Of a stretch of 64,000 nt of DNA, positions 19,461-28,804 are shown one piece after another; within the stretch, counting starts at the first letter, position 1; the number at the start of each line of letters is the position of its first letter. Made by a program: the position numbers and the translations under genes. Location: assembly GCA_000965745.1 (NCBI GenBank), contig CP009479.1, forward strand, positions 1,856,001 to 1,920,000, given 5' to 3'. Origin of the DNA: an uncultured archaeon (lineage in GTDB: Archaea; Thermoplasmatota; Thermoplasmata; Thermoplasmatales; Thermoplasmataceae). Under the pieces are notes generated by a model. The model searched no databases and was not told the DNA's origin. It saw only the letters and a program-made list of their open reading frames with translations.

Positions 19461-20849
19461 TCAGATTGGTTCAAGGAATCTGTCAACCTCCCATTTATCG
19501 ACGTTCTTGTAATAATCATCCCACTCTGATTTCCTTACTTTGAGGTACTCATCATACAACAGTTCCCCCATGTACGATCTCAAATCCGAATCTTCCTCAG
19601 CAGCGTGGATGGCTTCAATCAAAGTTGTAGGCAGCATTTCCACCCCTTTCTTCTTCAGTTCACTTTCAGAGAAATCAGCGGGATCATAGTTCAGCGGCTC
19701 CCCGGGATCTATACCGCTTTCAATGCCGTCTATTCCAGCCGCAATCAGGGCACCAATGGCGATATGTGGGTTAGATGAGCAATCCGGGAGCCTGAACTCA
19801 ATTCTGGTCGACTCCGTATCGCCAGGAGGATTGGATGGAATACGAACTGCAACACCCCTGTGGTCGTATCCGTAAGAAACGTGTGCAGGTGCCCAGCTGC
19901 CAGGTATCAACCTTTTGTATGAGTTGGAAAGAGGGTTTTCGAATGCACAAAGCGCCTTCATGTGCTTCATCACACCGCCAATGAAGTTGTAGGCGGTCCT
20001 GCTCAAACCGATTCCCCCTGGATCTTTACCGTCAGACATCACATTTCGGGTTGTGCTCTTGTCGAAGAGAGAAAGGTGAATGTGGAGTCCACTTCCGGGT
20101 GAAGAGTTGTCAACCTTTGGCATGAAACTGGCGACCATGGCTCCCTTCGCTGCGGTTGATTTGATAACGCTCTTCAGAACGATGAACTGGTCTGCTATTT
20201 TTAAAGGTTCGCCATACCTGTAGGTTATTTCAAACTGGGAGCTGCCGTATTCTTTTTTCAGATGCTCGACAACAATCCCCATTTTTTCCAGGTTGCCGGA
20301 CACTTCGTTTAGGAAGGGGGCGGTCTTGTCGATCCCGAGGCTGTCCATCAGCTTGCCGGTAACCACAGGCTTATGATCATTTTCATTGAAAATATAGAAT
20401 TCTGACTCCATTGCGCATTTGGCATACAACCCGAGGCTGTCCAGCCTGCCAATCATCCTTCTCAGGAAAAAGCGAGGATCGGAAGGCGTCGGTTCAAGAT
20501 TTTCAGGTTCCGATAATTCAGTCTGAATCCTCGCAACACCATCGACATGCGGGAGAACAGCGTATGTCGAAATATCGGGCATTAATTTGAATTCTGACGA
20601 TTGTGAGCCATATAGCCCGTCATGGACAAGATGGTCAAGGACGTTGAAAGACTGCTGGGCCCTTGTAACACCTATACCATACCTGACAGCATCTGAAAGA
20701 AAGTCAACAGTTGTTGCCATATTTCTCAGAATCAGGTCAAGGCCCATCCATTCCAGCTTAACAACCCGAATTCCATCCTTCCTCACCTTTTCAACGAACG
20801 CATCAACATTTTTACTGTTCAAATAATCACCATTCTTAAGGAGCGCCAT
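19461..20849 (-). CDS. glutamine synthetase-like gamma-glutamyl-amine ligase
   Basis: ESEFY, EYGSSQFE, FMPK, GSGLHIHLS, NSYKRL, RIEFRLPD; flap reads PGSWAP rather than the GYEAP of true GS. Confidence 0.88.
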   Translation of the reverse strand: MALLKNGDYLNSKNVDAFVEKVRKDGIRVVKLEWMGLDLILRNMATTVDFLSDAVRYGIGVTRAQQSFNVLDHLVHDGLYGSQSSEFKLMPDISTYAVLPHVDGVARIQTELSEPENLEPTPSDPRFFLRRMIGRLDSLGLYAKCAMESEFYIFNENDHKPVVTGKLMDSLGIDKTAPFLNEVSGNLEKMGIVVEHLKKEYGSSQFEITYRYGEPLKIADQFIVLKSVIKSTAAKGAMVASFMPKVDNSSPGSGLHIHLSLFDKSTTRNVMSDGKDPGGIGLSRTAYNFIGGVMKHMKALCAFENPLSNSYKRLIPGSWAPAHVSYGYDHRGVAVRIPSNPPGDTESTRIEFRLPDCSSNPHIAIGALIAAGIDGIESGIDPGEPLNYDPADFSESELKKKGVEMLPTTLIEAIHAAEEDSDLRSYMGELLYDEYLKVRKSEWDDYYKNVDKWEVDRFLEPI

Positions 20850-21015
20850 TCCAATTTCCAGAAACGGTTCCCGGACCCTGCAGGCAGCAGTACTGATGAT
20901 GGGCTGTTTCTGTTGCCTTTAGGTACTGCACACCCAACCAGGTAACACACTATCATGCGATATATATTCCTTTCCCCGAAAATTCCGGCAGGAATAGCAC
21001 AGTTAACTGCCGCCT

Positions 21016-21369
21016 TCAGAATATCTTGTAATACATCAGCACAATTGCAGCTATTATGATGGTGGCTCCAACCGCATATAAAATATAATTCTTCAGAGGG
21101 TAGGGAGGCTTGTAGTTTTCATCCGACAGCATATTCTCAAAGGAGTAATCCTTATCGTTTTTTTCTGCGGGTGCACCTGTAGGTGCCGGCGTTGGGCTTG
21201 GTCTCGCACCCCTCCTTCTTCGCCTGAAGAAGGGGAAAAAGAAGAAAAATGGAAGGAAATATCCGTAACCTGAGTAATGAGGGAAGAATCTTGGAACTAT
21301 AAATATGAGAAGCGCCCAGATCGCAATGTATGCAATCCAGATGAAAGAGCCAATATTTCTTCTGTCCAC
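21016..21369 (-). CDS. small hypothetical membrane protein
   Basis: Hydrophobic N- and C-terminal helices around Phe-run, Arg-run and Pro/Thr/Ala linker. Confidence 0.65.
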   Translation of the reverse strand: MDRRNIGSFIWIAYIAIWALLIFIVPRFFPHYSGYGYFLPFFFFFPFFRRRRRGARPSPTPAPTGAPAEKNDKDYSFENMLSDENYKPPYPLKNYILYAVGATIIIAAIVLMYYKIF

Positions 21370-21457
21370 AACTATCGCTCCAGGATTAAATTCTTGCTAA
21401 TAACCATATCATATCCTGTTATCCATGGAAGAACGCGCCCACTTCAGTCTTTCACCT

Positions 21458-21931
21458 TCACCTTCGCCTTCTGAGTATGTTGCACACCCACCCTTCAGGA
21501 GCTCTGGCCTGTTCAATCTCAAATAGAATAAGCCTTGCCTGGGTGCTTGCGTCCTGTTTTTCCAGTTCCTGGTAAACAGTCTGTTCTTCGGCTTCATTAT
21601 GGGCATCCAGAACTCTTATCAGGCCCTCTACCCTGTCAGTTGCCAGCTCACCCCGCCCCGCGTTGAGATATTCCTCTATCTTGTCGAGGAGTTTCCATAT
21701 CCCGCCATGTTCTACCTCCAGGCCATGAATCCTTGCGGCGTTCGCCTGATTTTCAACGGTTCTGAAAAGGATGGACTCCTCCCAGAATATGTGGTTTTGG
21801 AGGCTGTTCCTGGCTTTTTCGAAACAGGACACCGACGGTTTTCCTTCTCTTAAGGAGTCCAGAAAACAGGTAAGTGATTCGCCTACGCGCTTGTGATCTT
21901 CTTCCAGAATGTCTGAGAGCAATTGCCCCAC
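21458..21931 (-). CDS. hemerythrin/HHE domain protein
   Basis: EDH, HIFWEE..LF, EH, HNEAEE..VY repeats. Confidence 0.85.
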   Translation of the reverse strand: MGQLLSDILEEDHKRVGESLTCFLDSLREGKPSVSCFEKARNSLQNHIFWEESILFRTVENQANAARIHGLEVEHGGIWKLLDKIEEYLNAGRGELATDRVEGLIRVLDAHNEAEEQTVYQELEKQDASTQARLILFEIEQARAPEGWVCNILRRRR

Positions 21932-22047
21932 CCAATGGCTTATATCGGAACTGTATCTAAATTTAGCCCATTGGCAAATTGTAATCCCGGATATTTGCTC
22001 AGGATAATTTTGTGAATATATTTATACAGTATTCGGGTTGGTCAACC

Positions 22048-22836
22048 ATGAAAGAAAGTGACATTCCCGGGAAATCTTCATTGCTTATGGGAAAAGTAGC
22101 GCTTGTTACTGGCGCAAGCCAGGGGATAGGAAGGGCTATAGCCATCGCATTCCAGAGGGAAGGTGCTCAGGTTGTAGTGCATTACAAGGGTTCTGAAAAC
22201 AGGAAAGATGCAGAGAATCTTAAAGTTGAGCTAGAAAGGTTGGGAGATACATCTCCGCTTCTGGTACAGGGTGATGTCACAATTGAGGATGACGTAAAAA
22301 AGGCAGTAGACTCAGTAATGGACAAGATAGGCCGCATTGACATACTTGTAAATAATGCAGGCGTCCTTAGCCAGTATGAGGTGCATAAAATGCCAGTAGA
22401 TGAGTGGGACCGAATAATAGGGACCAATCTGCGGAGCGTATTCCTCTTCACAAGGCTGGTTGTGCCCGGTATGATTGAGCGCAAGTGGGGAAGAATCATA
22501 AACATCGCATCACAGCTGGGACAGATCGGAGGTGAGGAGATGGCACATTACAGTGCTTCCAAAGCAGGCATTATAGGTTTTACCAAGTCTATAGCGAGAG
22601 AGCTTGGAAAGCACAACATAACAGCCAACTGCATCGCCCCGGGACCTATAGAAACGGACATGCTCAAAGAAGAGACGGATGAGTGGAGGAACTCAAAGCT
22701 TTCGGAGCTTCCACTCAAGAGATTCGGGTATCCAGAAGAGGTGGCGCCCACTGCCGTGCTGCTTGCATCGGACCCCCGAGGAAACCTTTACACTGGACAG
22801 ACGCTGGGGCCGAACAGTGGCGACGTTATGCTCTGA
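22048..22836 (+). CDS. short-chain dehydrogenase/reductase (FabG-like)
   Basis: TGASQGIG, NNAG, YSASK, IAPGPIET. Confidence 0.92.
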   Translation: MKESDIPGKSSLLMGKVALVTGASQGIGRAIAIAFQREGAQVVVHYKGSENRKDAENLKVELERLGDTSPLLVQGDVTIEDDVKKAVDSVMDKIGRIDILVNNAGVLSQYEVHKMPVDEWDRIIGTNLRSVFLFTRLVVPGMIERKWGRIINIASQLGQIGGEEMAHYSASKAGIIGFTKSIARELGKHNITANCIAPGPIETDMLKEETDEWRNSKLSELPLKRFGYPEEVAPTAVLLASDPRGNLYTGQTLGPNSGDVML

Positions 22837-22850
22837 TATACGGTCGAGTC

Positions 22851-23915
22851 TCATGGGAACGGCCACCCGGAAATTCTTTGAGGGTTCCGCCTTACTTCCG
22901 GCAGAGGTTTGATGTCAATTTTACGGCCGCATTCCCTGCACCTTCCATCTTCCGTCAGATTGAACGATATAGTGCGCATCATATCCCTCTCAACACATAG
23001 GCTGCCGCATTCGGGGCAATAGGTATTCTGGTAGATGCTGCCAGGGACATTGCCGATATACACGTATTTCATGCCCTCCTCCCTGGCCACTTCATAATGC
23101 CTGATTAGTGTCTCCACTGGAGTGCTCGGGAGATGCATGAGCTTATAATCGGGATGAAACCTCAGAAAGCTCACTGGGATGCTGTCGCCGAATATCTCCT
23201 TCACTCTTTGAACCATAATTCTTGCATCATCGATCGAGTCTCCGATCTGTGGCACGACGAGATCAGTGATTTCCACATGAATTCCAGTTTTAGACAGCCC
23301 CTTCAGGGCGTCATATATGAATTCCGGAGATGGAACTGACATGTACCTCCTGTAGAATGAGAGATTGGCGTTTCCCTTGAAATCCACAGTTATGCAGTCG
23401 AGGAAATCGGAGAGTTCATCTATCGCCTCCGGCGTTTCATATCCGTTGGAGACAAAGACAGTTATCAGGCCTTTCTCTTTGGCTATAAGGCCAATATCCT
23501 TTGCATATTCGATGAAGATTGTAGGCTCGTTGTATGTGAATGCTATGCCCTGGCACCCTTCCTTCACTGCATTATCTACAACCTGCTCAGGTGTCATATA
23601 ATAGCTGCCTTCTATTTCCCTTCTCTGGCTGACGTCATAATTCTGGCAGAACTGGCACGCAAAGTTGCAGCCAGCAGTCCCTATGGAATATATCCAGGTA
23701 CCCTGGTACCTGTGCAGGATTGGCTTCTTTTCAATGGGGTCAATCTGAGCAACGAGCGGCCTCCCATAAGCCAGCAGGTCAAGCTTACCGCCCACGTTTT
23801 TCCGGACTCCGCAGAACCCTATCTGCCCATCCTTCAGAATACAATACCTGCTGCAGGCTGTGCATCTGACCTTGCCTTCGGATATCCTCTCATAAAGTGT
23901 TGCCTCGTGAATCAA
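22851..23915 (-). CDS. amrS: AmmeMemoRadiSam radical SAM enzyme
   Basis: N-terminal CxxC..C, DPIEKKP, CNFACQFC, TYNEP, RFHPDY, C-terminal CPEC. Confidence 0.92.
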   Translation of the reverse strand: MIHEATLYERISEGKVRCTACSRYCILKDGQIGFCGVRKNVGGKLDLLAYGRPLVAQIDPIEKKPILHRYQGTWIYSIGTAGCNFACQFCQNYDVSQRREIEGSYYMTPEQVVDNAVKEGCQGIAFTYNEPTIFIEYAKDIGLIAKEKGLITVFVSNGYETPEAIDELSDFLDCITVDFKGNANLSFYRRYMSVPSPEFIYDALKGLSKTGIHVEITDLVVPQIGDSIDDARIMVQRVKEIFGDSIPVSFLRFHPDYKLMHLPSTPVETLIRHYEVAREEGMKYVYIGNVPGSIYQNTYCPECGSLCVERDMMRTISFNLTEDGRCRECGRKIDIKPLPEVRRNPQRISGWPFP

Positions 23916-23974
23916 TATCTTATCAGTACCTTAATGAATTAAACTCTTTCCGTGCGAGAAACGCAACTGCCGGG

Positions 23975-24790
23975 TTAACTCTGCGGGCAGGCAACCAGGG
24001 ACGCATAACCGACCACAGAAGAGAAATCACCGCTGGTTTCTCCTGATGTTCTATAGTCGAGCAGCTTCAGGCTGCCGCCCCTTAGCCTGACTATTTCCAT
24101 CATAATTGCAATAGCACCGTATCCGCAAGAGGAGATTCTCCTGTCTCCAAGTATTCTGTAAAGTTCCGGTACATCCAAGGACTCTATGACCGCTACGAGA
24201 TCATGATCCTTTCTTCTTGCGGATTCGTGGCTTTCATAATGGGTCAGGTCAGATGTGGAAACAAAGGCGACTTCGTCCCCGAGGCCGTTCAGTGCATGGG
24301 CGATTTCCAGTGCTGTTTCCTTAGTCTGGTCGCCCAGAATTATCGGGGAGAACTCAAAATTTTCCCCATAAATATACTGGAGAAAAGGTATCTGCACTTC
24401 CACCGAATGCTCGACGGAGTGCGGGGTTGGATCTATGACTATTTTCTCAGATAATTCCGAGATTCTGTCAGAAAGGGCTGAATCAATCTTCGCGGAACCA
24501 AGCGGGGTAAGCCACGAGCCTCCTGAATAAGCTGCGGCAATTCTAGGGTAAGAATTGTGATTGGGACCTATAATGACGAATTTCCTGGCAGGAGATCTTC
24601 TTAGTGCCTTGAAAGAATGCATTGCGGTTATGCCGGAATATATCAGCCCGGCATGCGGGACAACCACTCCTATGGGATTATCGCATGAGTCTGGCTCACC
24701 GACTTCACGATCGATTGTTGAGAGCAACTCCTCAAGCTCTTTCTTACTGGATGGGTAGAAGAAACCACTGACAGCGGGACGTCTGTCCAT
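23975..24790 (-). CDS. amrB: AmmeMemoRadiSam protein B (MEMO1 family)
   Basis: RRPAVSGFFYP, PHAG..YSG, GPNH, EHSVEVQ.PF, SDLTHY, CGYG, VVGY. Confidence 0.92.
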   Translation of the reverse strand: MDRRPAVSGFFYPSSKKELEELLSTIDREVGEPDSCDNPIGVVVPHAGLIYSGITAMHSFKALRRSPARKFVIIGPNHNSYPRIAAAYSGGSWLTPLGSAKIDSALSDRISELSEKIVIDPTPHSVEHSVEVQIPFLQYIYGENFEFSPIILGDQTKETALEIAHALNGLGDEVAFVSTSDLTHYESHESARRKDHDLVAVIESLDVPELYRILGDRRISSCGYGAIAIMMEIVRLRGGSLKLLDYRTSGETSGDFSSVVGYASLVACPQS

Positions 24791-24873
24791 GTCTTTACAT
24801 TCGCACAGGGTTATATTAAACTTGACCGACCATATGAGAACAATCCAATACAAACTTTATATCACAACTATTC

Positions 24874-25476
24874 ATGATACCAGTAATGGTACAATCGGCC
24901 AACCCAGCCAGTGAATTGCGGGTTTTCGACCTCATTACCGTGAGCCGTCGCGAATACATCAGGAAGACAGCAGCTTGTGCACTGAGGAAATATTTCAGGT
25001 TGTCTGAATGCCCTGGCACGGACGATGACTTATTGCAGAAACTTAAGGCAGGGGTCTTTGTAACCATCAAGGAGAATGGTGATCTCCGGGGATGCATCGG
25101 GTTCGTGACACCTCCTACCGGCTTCCTGCAGACAGTCAGGGAGGCAGCTGTGATGGCAGCCACTGAAGACCCCAGGTTTCTTCCCGTAACTGCTGATGAT
25201 CTTGAAAGGATTGAGTTGGAGATCACAATACTTGGCAGCCCTAAACCATTCGGAAACAGGGACGCGACTAGCCTGAAATCTCTGGAGATTGGGAAGCATG
25301 GGCTCATTGTGGAGAGCCCGTTCGGGCGAGGCCTGCTGCTTCCTCAGGTAGCACTTGAATGGGGATTCGGCGTCGAGGAATTCCTGGAAGCAACGTGCAT
25401 AAAAGCCGGGCTCAAGCGTGACTGTTGGAAAGACCCAGGCAATAAGATTTTTTACTTTGACGCACTGAGTTTTTGA
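24874..25476 (+). CDS. amrA: AmmeMemoRadiSam protein A (AMMECR1 family)
   Basis: GVFVT, LRGCIG, DPRF, GKHGL, GLLLPQV, KAG. Confidence 0.92.
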   Translation: MIPVMVQSANPASELRVFDLITVSRREYIRKTAACALRKYFRLSECPGTDDDLLQKLKAGVFVTIKENGDLRGCIGFVTPPTGFLQTVREAAVMAATEDPRFLPVTADDLERIELEITILGSPKPFGNRDATSLKSLEIGKHGLIVESPFGRGLLLPQVALEWGFGVEEFLEATCIKAGLKRDCWKDPGNKIFYFDALSF

Positions 25477-25503
25477 CCGCCTCATGTGGTTTTTTATTGA
25501 CCG

Positions 25504-25520
25504 TGTAACACAGTGCTACA
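25504..25520. promoter_or_regulatory. imperfect inverted repeat TGTAACAC-A-GTGCTACA upstream of the copper operon (candidate operator)
   Basis: 8-bp arms with one mismatch, about 65 nt upstream of the YHS chaperone ATG. Confidence 0.4.
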
Positions 25521-25586
25521 TCAGATTTGGATTAATCGTGCAATTTGTTTTAGAAAGAGACATATATTGCCTCGTGATCTTAACTC

Positions 25587-25727
25587 ATGGCACGAGATGT
25601 AATATGTGGAATGAGCGTTAAAGAGGATACTGACATAACCAGCACGTTTAGTGGAAAAACCTACTACTTCTGCAGCGTGGATTGCAAGGAAGAATTTGAC
25701 AAGAACCCCATAAAGTATACAAGGTGA
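25587..25727 (+). CDS. YHS/TRASH copper metallochaperone (46 aa; not in ORF track)
   Basis: MARDVICGMSVKEDTDITSTFSGKTYYFCSVDCKEEFDKNPIKYTR*; DxxCGM...YYFCSxxC...F..NP..Y; stop lies 9 nt before the copA ATG. Confidence 0.88.
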   Translation: MARDVICGMSVKEDTDITSTFSGKTYYFCSVDCKEEFDKNPIKYTR

Positions 25728-25736
25728 AGTGAAGAA

Positions 25737-27773
25737 ATGCCGACCGATCCGGTATGTGGGATGTATGTCCCGGAAACATCGGATCTTTTTGTAGAAAAAG
25801 ATGGTGAGAAATACTACTTCTGCTCCAAATCGTGCATGGAGAGGTTTACCTCTCCCGAGGAGGAGACCAGAAAGTTAAGATCAAGGCTTATTGTAGGATG
25901 GAGCCTGTCAATACCAATCATCATACTCACTTTTGTGCTTGACTGGCCATACAAAAATTACCTGCTCCTTGCAATGGCAGTGCCCGTCCAGTTTTACTCC
26001 GGCCTTGGTTTTTACTCCGGTGCATATCATTCACTCAAAACCAGGACGAGCAATATGGATCTCCTGGTTACGCTTGGCACCCTGATTGCATTTATCTTTT
26101 CAGTGTCCATAACAGTAAGCCCCGGGATAATACTAAACTCACCCACATTCTTCGATGCGTCGGCATTCATCATCACAATGATCCTTACTGGGAACTACAT
26201 AGAGAACCTTACAAAAGTTCGTGCAGGCGGAGCTGCAAGAAAACTCCTGGAAATGATTCCCGCCACTTCGCATTACGTGAAAAGCGATGGGTCGATTGTT
26301 GACGGTGATACGGACAGGATGAAGCCGGGCGACAGGATCCTGGTAAAGGCGGGTGAAGTTGTTGTGGCAGACGGTATAGTATTTGAGGGCAGCAGCGAAG
26401 TTGACGAATCCCTTATAACAGGGGAACAAAACCCTGTCCTCAAAGAGAACGGCGACAAAGTGATATCAGGGACAAAGAACCTGAACGGATCGCTTACCGT
26501 TGAAGTAACAAATGTGGGCAAGAACAGTACAGTCAGCCTGATACATGATCTCCTGGAGAAGGCAACTTTTGGAAGGTCAAAGGTTCAGAGGATCGCCGAC
26601 GTCTTCTCCAGCGTGTTTGTCCCGGTAGTTCTCTCAATCGCTGCAGGAACTGCCATTTTCTGGTTCCTCCACCTTGGAGGCATCGGCAACAGGCAGGCTG
26701 TTGAAGTGGCGATTCTATCATTTGTATCAGTAGTTGTGATCGCATGCCCCTGTGCAATAGGCCTGGCCGGTCCAATAACTTTCCTTGTATCTTCCACATC
26801 TTCATCCGGAAAAGGCATCATCATCAGGAACCCGGGAGCTTTTGACAGATTTGTTAAGGTGAACAGGGTTGTTTTTGACAAAACGGGAACGATAACCGAA
26901 GCCGACCCTTCAATCCATGAGATCAACGTTACGGGGTCCCACAGCAGAGGGGAAAGTCTGCTTCTGTCCGCCTCCCTTGAAAAATATTCCAATCATCCGA
27001 TAGCAAAGGCGATTGTTAAGTTCGCAAGAGATGAGGAGATCGTTCTCTACGAAGCCAAGAACGTGGTGGAGACCCCAGGCAGGGGAATAAAAGGTGATGT
27101 GGCGGGAAAGTCCGTTGAAGTAACCAGAAGTGAGGGTGCAGTCGGTTCCAGGGTCATGGTATACGTGGACGGAGAACCATCATGCGAGTTTACAGTTTCT
27201 TACAGGATCAGGGAACAGGCCAAATCCGTAGTAGAAGAGCTCAAGAGAAACGGAATCAGGACATCGATTGTGACTGGAGATTCCAGAGAGGAAGCTGAAA
27301 GGGTAGCAAACGAGGTGGGAATTGAAGAAGTTCATTCACAAGCATCTCCTGAGGATAAATCTGAGATTGTAAAAAAATACCAGATGGAGGGTGATTACGT
27401 TCTCTTTGTGGGGGATGGAATCAACGACAGCATCGCAATGGAAGTGTCGGATGTGGGTGTGGCAATGGGATCAGGCACTGATATTGCAAAGGAAAGTGGA
27501 GACATAATACTTCTTAACAACGACCTTAGAAATATATTGCGCTCCAAGAGCATTAGCGAAAAAACACTTGCTAAAGTGAAGCAGAACCTTGGATGGGCTG
27601 TGGGGTACAACACTGTCCTGATACCAATCGGAGCAGGCATACTTGTCCCGCTTACCGGGTCATGGATATTTTCCATAATGCCGATATTTGCATCATTTGC
27701 AATGGGTTTCAGTTCCACATCTGTTGTTATAAACTCGCTTTTCCTGAGAAGAAAGCTTGAATCACTTCAATGA
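25737..27773 (+). CDS. copA: P1B-type Cu(I)-transporting ATPase with N-terminal YHS domain
   Basis: DPVCGM..YYFCS..C, TGE, CPC, DKTGT, HP, GDGIND, YN and MxxSS transmembrane Cu(I) ligands. Confidence 0.92.
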   Translation: MPTDPVCGMYVPETSDLFVEKDGEKYYFCSKSCMERFTSPEEETRKLRSRLIVGWSLSIPIIILTFVLDWPYKNYLLLAMAVPVQFYSGLGFYSGAYHSLKTRTSNMDLLVTLGTLIAFIFSVSITVSPGIILNSPTFFDASAFIITMILTGNYIENLTKVRAGGAARKLLEMIPATSHYVKSDGSIVDGDTDRMKPGDRILVKAGEVVVADGIVFEGSSEVDESLITGEQNPVLKENGDKVISGTKNLNGSLTVEVTNVGKNSTVSLIHDLLEKATFGRSKVQRIADVFSSVFVPVVLSIAAGTAIFWFLHLGGIGNRQAVEVAILSFVSVVVIACPCAIGLAGPITFLVSSTSSSGKGIIIRNPGAFDRFVKVNRVVFDKTGTITEADPSIHEINVTGSHSRGESLLLSASLEKYSNHPIAKAIVKFARDEEIVLYEAKNVVETPGRGIKGDVAGKSVEVTRSEGAVGSRVMVYVDGEPSCEFTVSYRIREQAKSVVEELKRNGIRTSIVTGDSREEAERVANEVGIEEVHSQASPEDKSEIVKKYQMEGDYVLFVGDGINDSIAMEVSDVGVAMGSGTDIAKESGDIILLNNDLRNILRSKSISEKTLAKVKQNLGWAVGYNTVLIPIGAGILVPLTGSWIFSIMPIFASFAMGFSSTSVVINSLFLRRKLESLQ

Positions 27774-27820
27774 GGTTCACTGTACCAATAAATCTTTATT
27801 TAGTTTGCAATTTAAAGGGT

Positions 27821-28804
27821 GTGAAGACTTTCCCCGTGATTCTCGCAGTCGCGTTTATTATTCTTGCATTTTCTGCCGGGACTGCGGTAGCTGATACTCA
27901 AGAGTCTGAAGTTCAGGTTCTGCCCTCACCCAGCATAACCCTGAATGTGACTAACGGCACCTTCTACAACCTTACCTTCGCCGGGATTGTCCTAGTTACC
28001 CATACTGGAATGTACAACACGAACTTTAATGAGAACCACTGGGTTTTTTCCAAGGTAAACAACACATCATATTTTTACAAGTCCAACGTCAAGCTCAAAA
28101 GGGGAATGGGTGAAAGCGGAACTCCCGACACAGCATCCCCGGTACAGGATCAGAACAACCAGCAGAACTCAATAAATGCAGAGGTGAAAATTTCCCTCAA
28201 TGCGCTTGGGTATTCCCTTTCCAATCTGAGAATCAACAATATTTCTTCCGCACAAGACAACTACTCTTTTCCCGATTACTCGGTGCTGGAGATAACAATA
28301 TCAATTGTGCTGCAGAACCCTGTTCAGGGTCCGGGAGCCCTTTACCTTTACCAGTTGATCAAATCCTCCAATCAGTCAAACAATGCAGTAAAATACTATC
28401 TTGGAAATGTCACGCACAACGCCAGAGACCGGATGCATGGCGATCATGAAGGCATGCAGATCCTGCCATCTGCAAAGAACCGGCTGGGTGCATTCTACTG
28501 GTGGAACAATACTTTCCAGCTCAACGGTGTTGGCAAGAACCTGACATCAACTGTTGCCCTGAAGGACGGCGGAATATACCTGGCCTTCAAGTTTCCATTC
28601 AACAATACACTGAAGAGCGTATACCAGGACCCGTATTTTGGAGTTCCCGGCACCCCGCTGTTCAAGAACCCGATCATCAAGAAGGATTTTGGTCAGCTTG
28701 TAAACTATGTGATCATCCATGCAGAGTATCTTGGAACTGGTGTGGTTGCCGGAGTCGGCCTCCTCGGCATTTCGTACTCAGTGTACCGCAGGCGAAGGTT
28801 CTGA
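27821..28804 (+). CDS. secreted, C-terminally membrane-anchored hypothetical protein
   Basis: Signal-peptide-like N-terminus ending AVA-D, Asn/Ser/Thr-rich with many N-x-S/T sequons, C-terminal TM followed by RRRRF. Confidence 0.7.
   Translation: MKTFPVILAVAFIILAFSAGTAVADTQESEVQVLPSPSITLNVTNGTFYNLTFAGIVLVTHTGMYNTNFNENHWVFSKVNNTSYFYKSNVKLKRGMGESGTPDTASPVQDQNNQQNSINAEVKISLNALGYSLSNLRINNISSAQDNYSFPDYSVLEITISIVLQNPVQGPGALYLYQLIKSSNQSNNAVKYYLGNVTHNARDRMHGDHEGMQILPSAKNRLGAFYWWNNTFQLNGVGKNLTSTVALKDGGIYLAFKFPFNNTLKSVYQDPYFGVPGTPLFKNPIIKKDFGQLVNYVIIHAEYLGTGVVAGVGLLGISYSVYRRRRF

Noticed and set aside
19461-20849. Housekeeping glutamine synthetase glnA
   Set aside because: The flap is WAP rather than EAP and the N-terminal FDGSS motif is absent, pointing to an amine gamma-glutamyl ligase.
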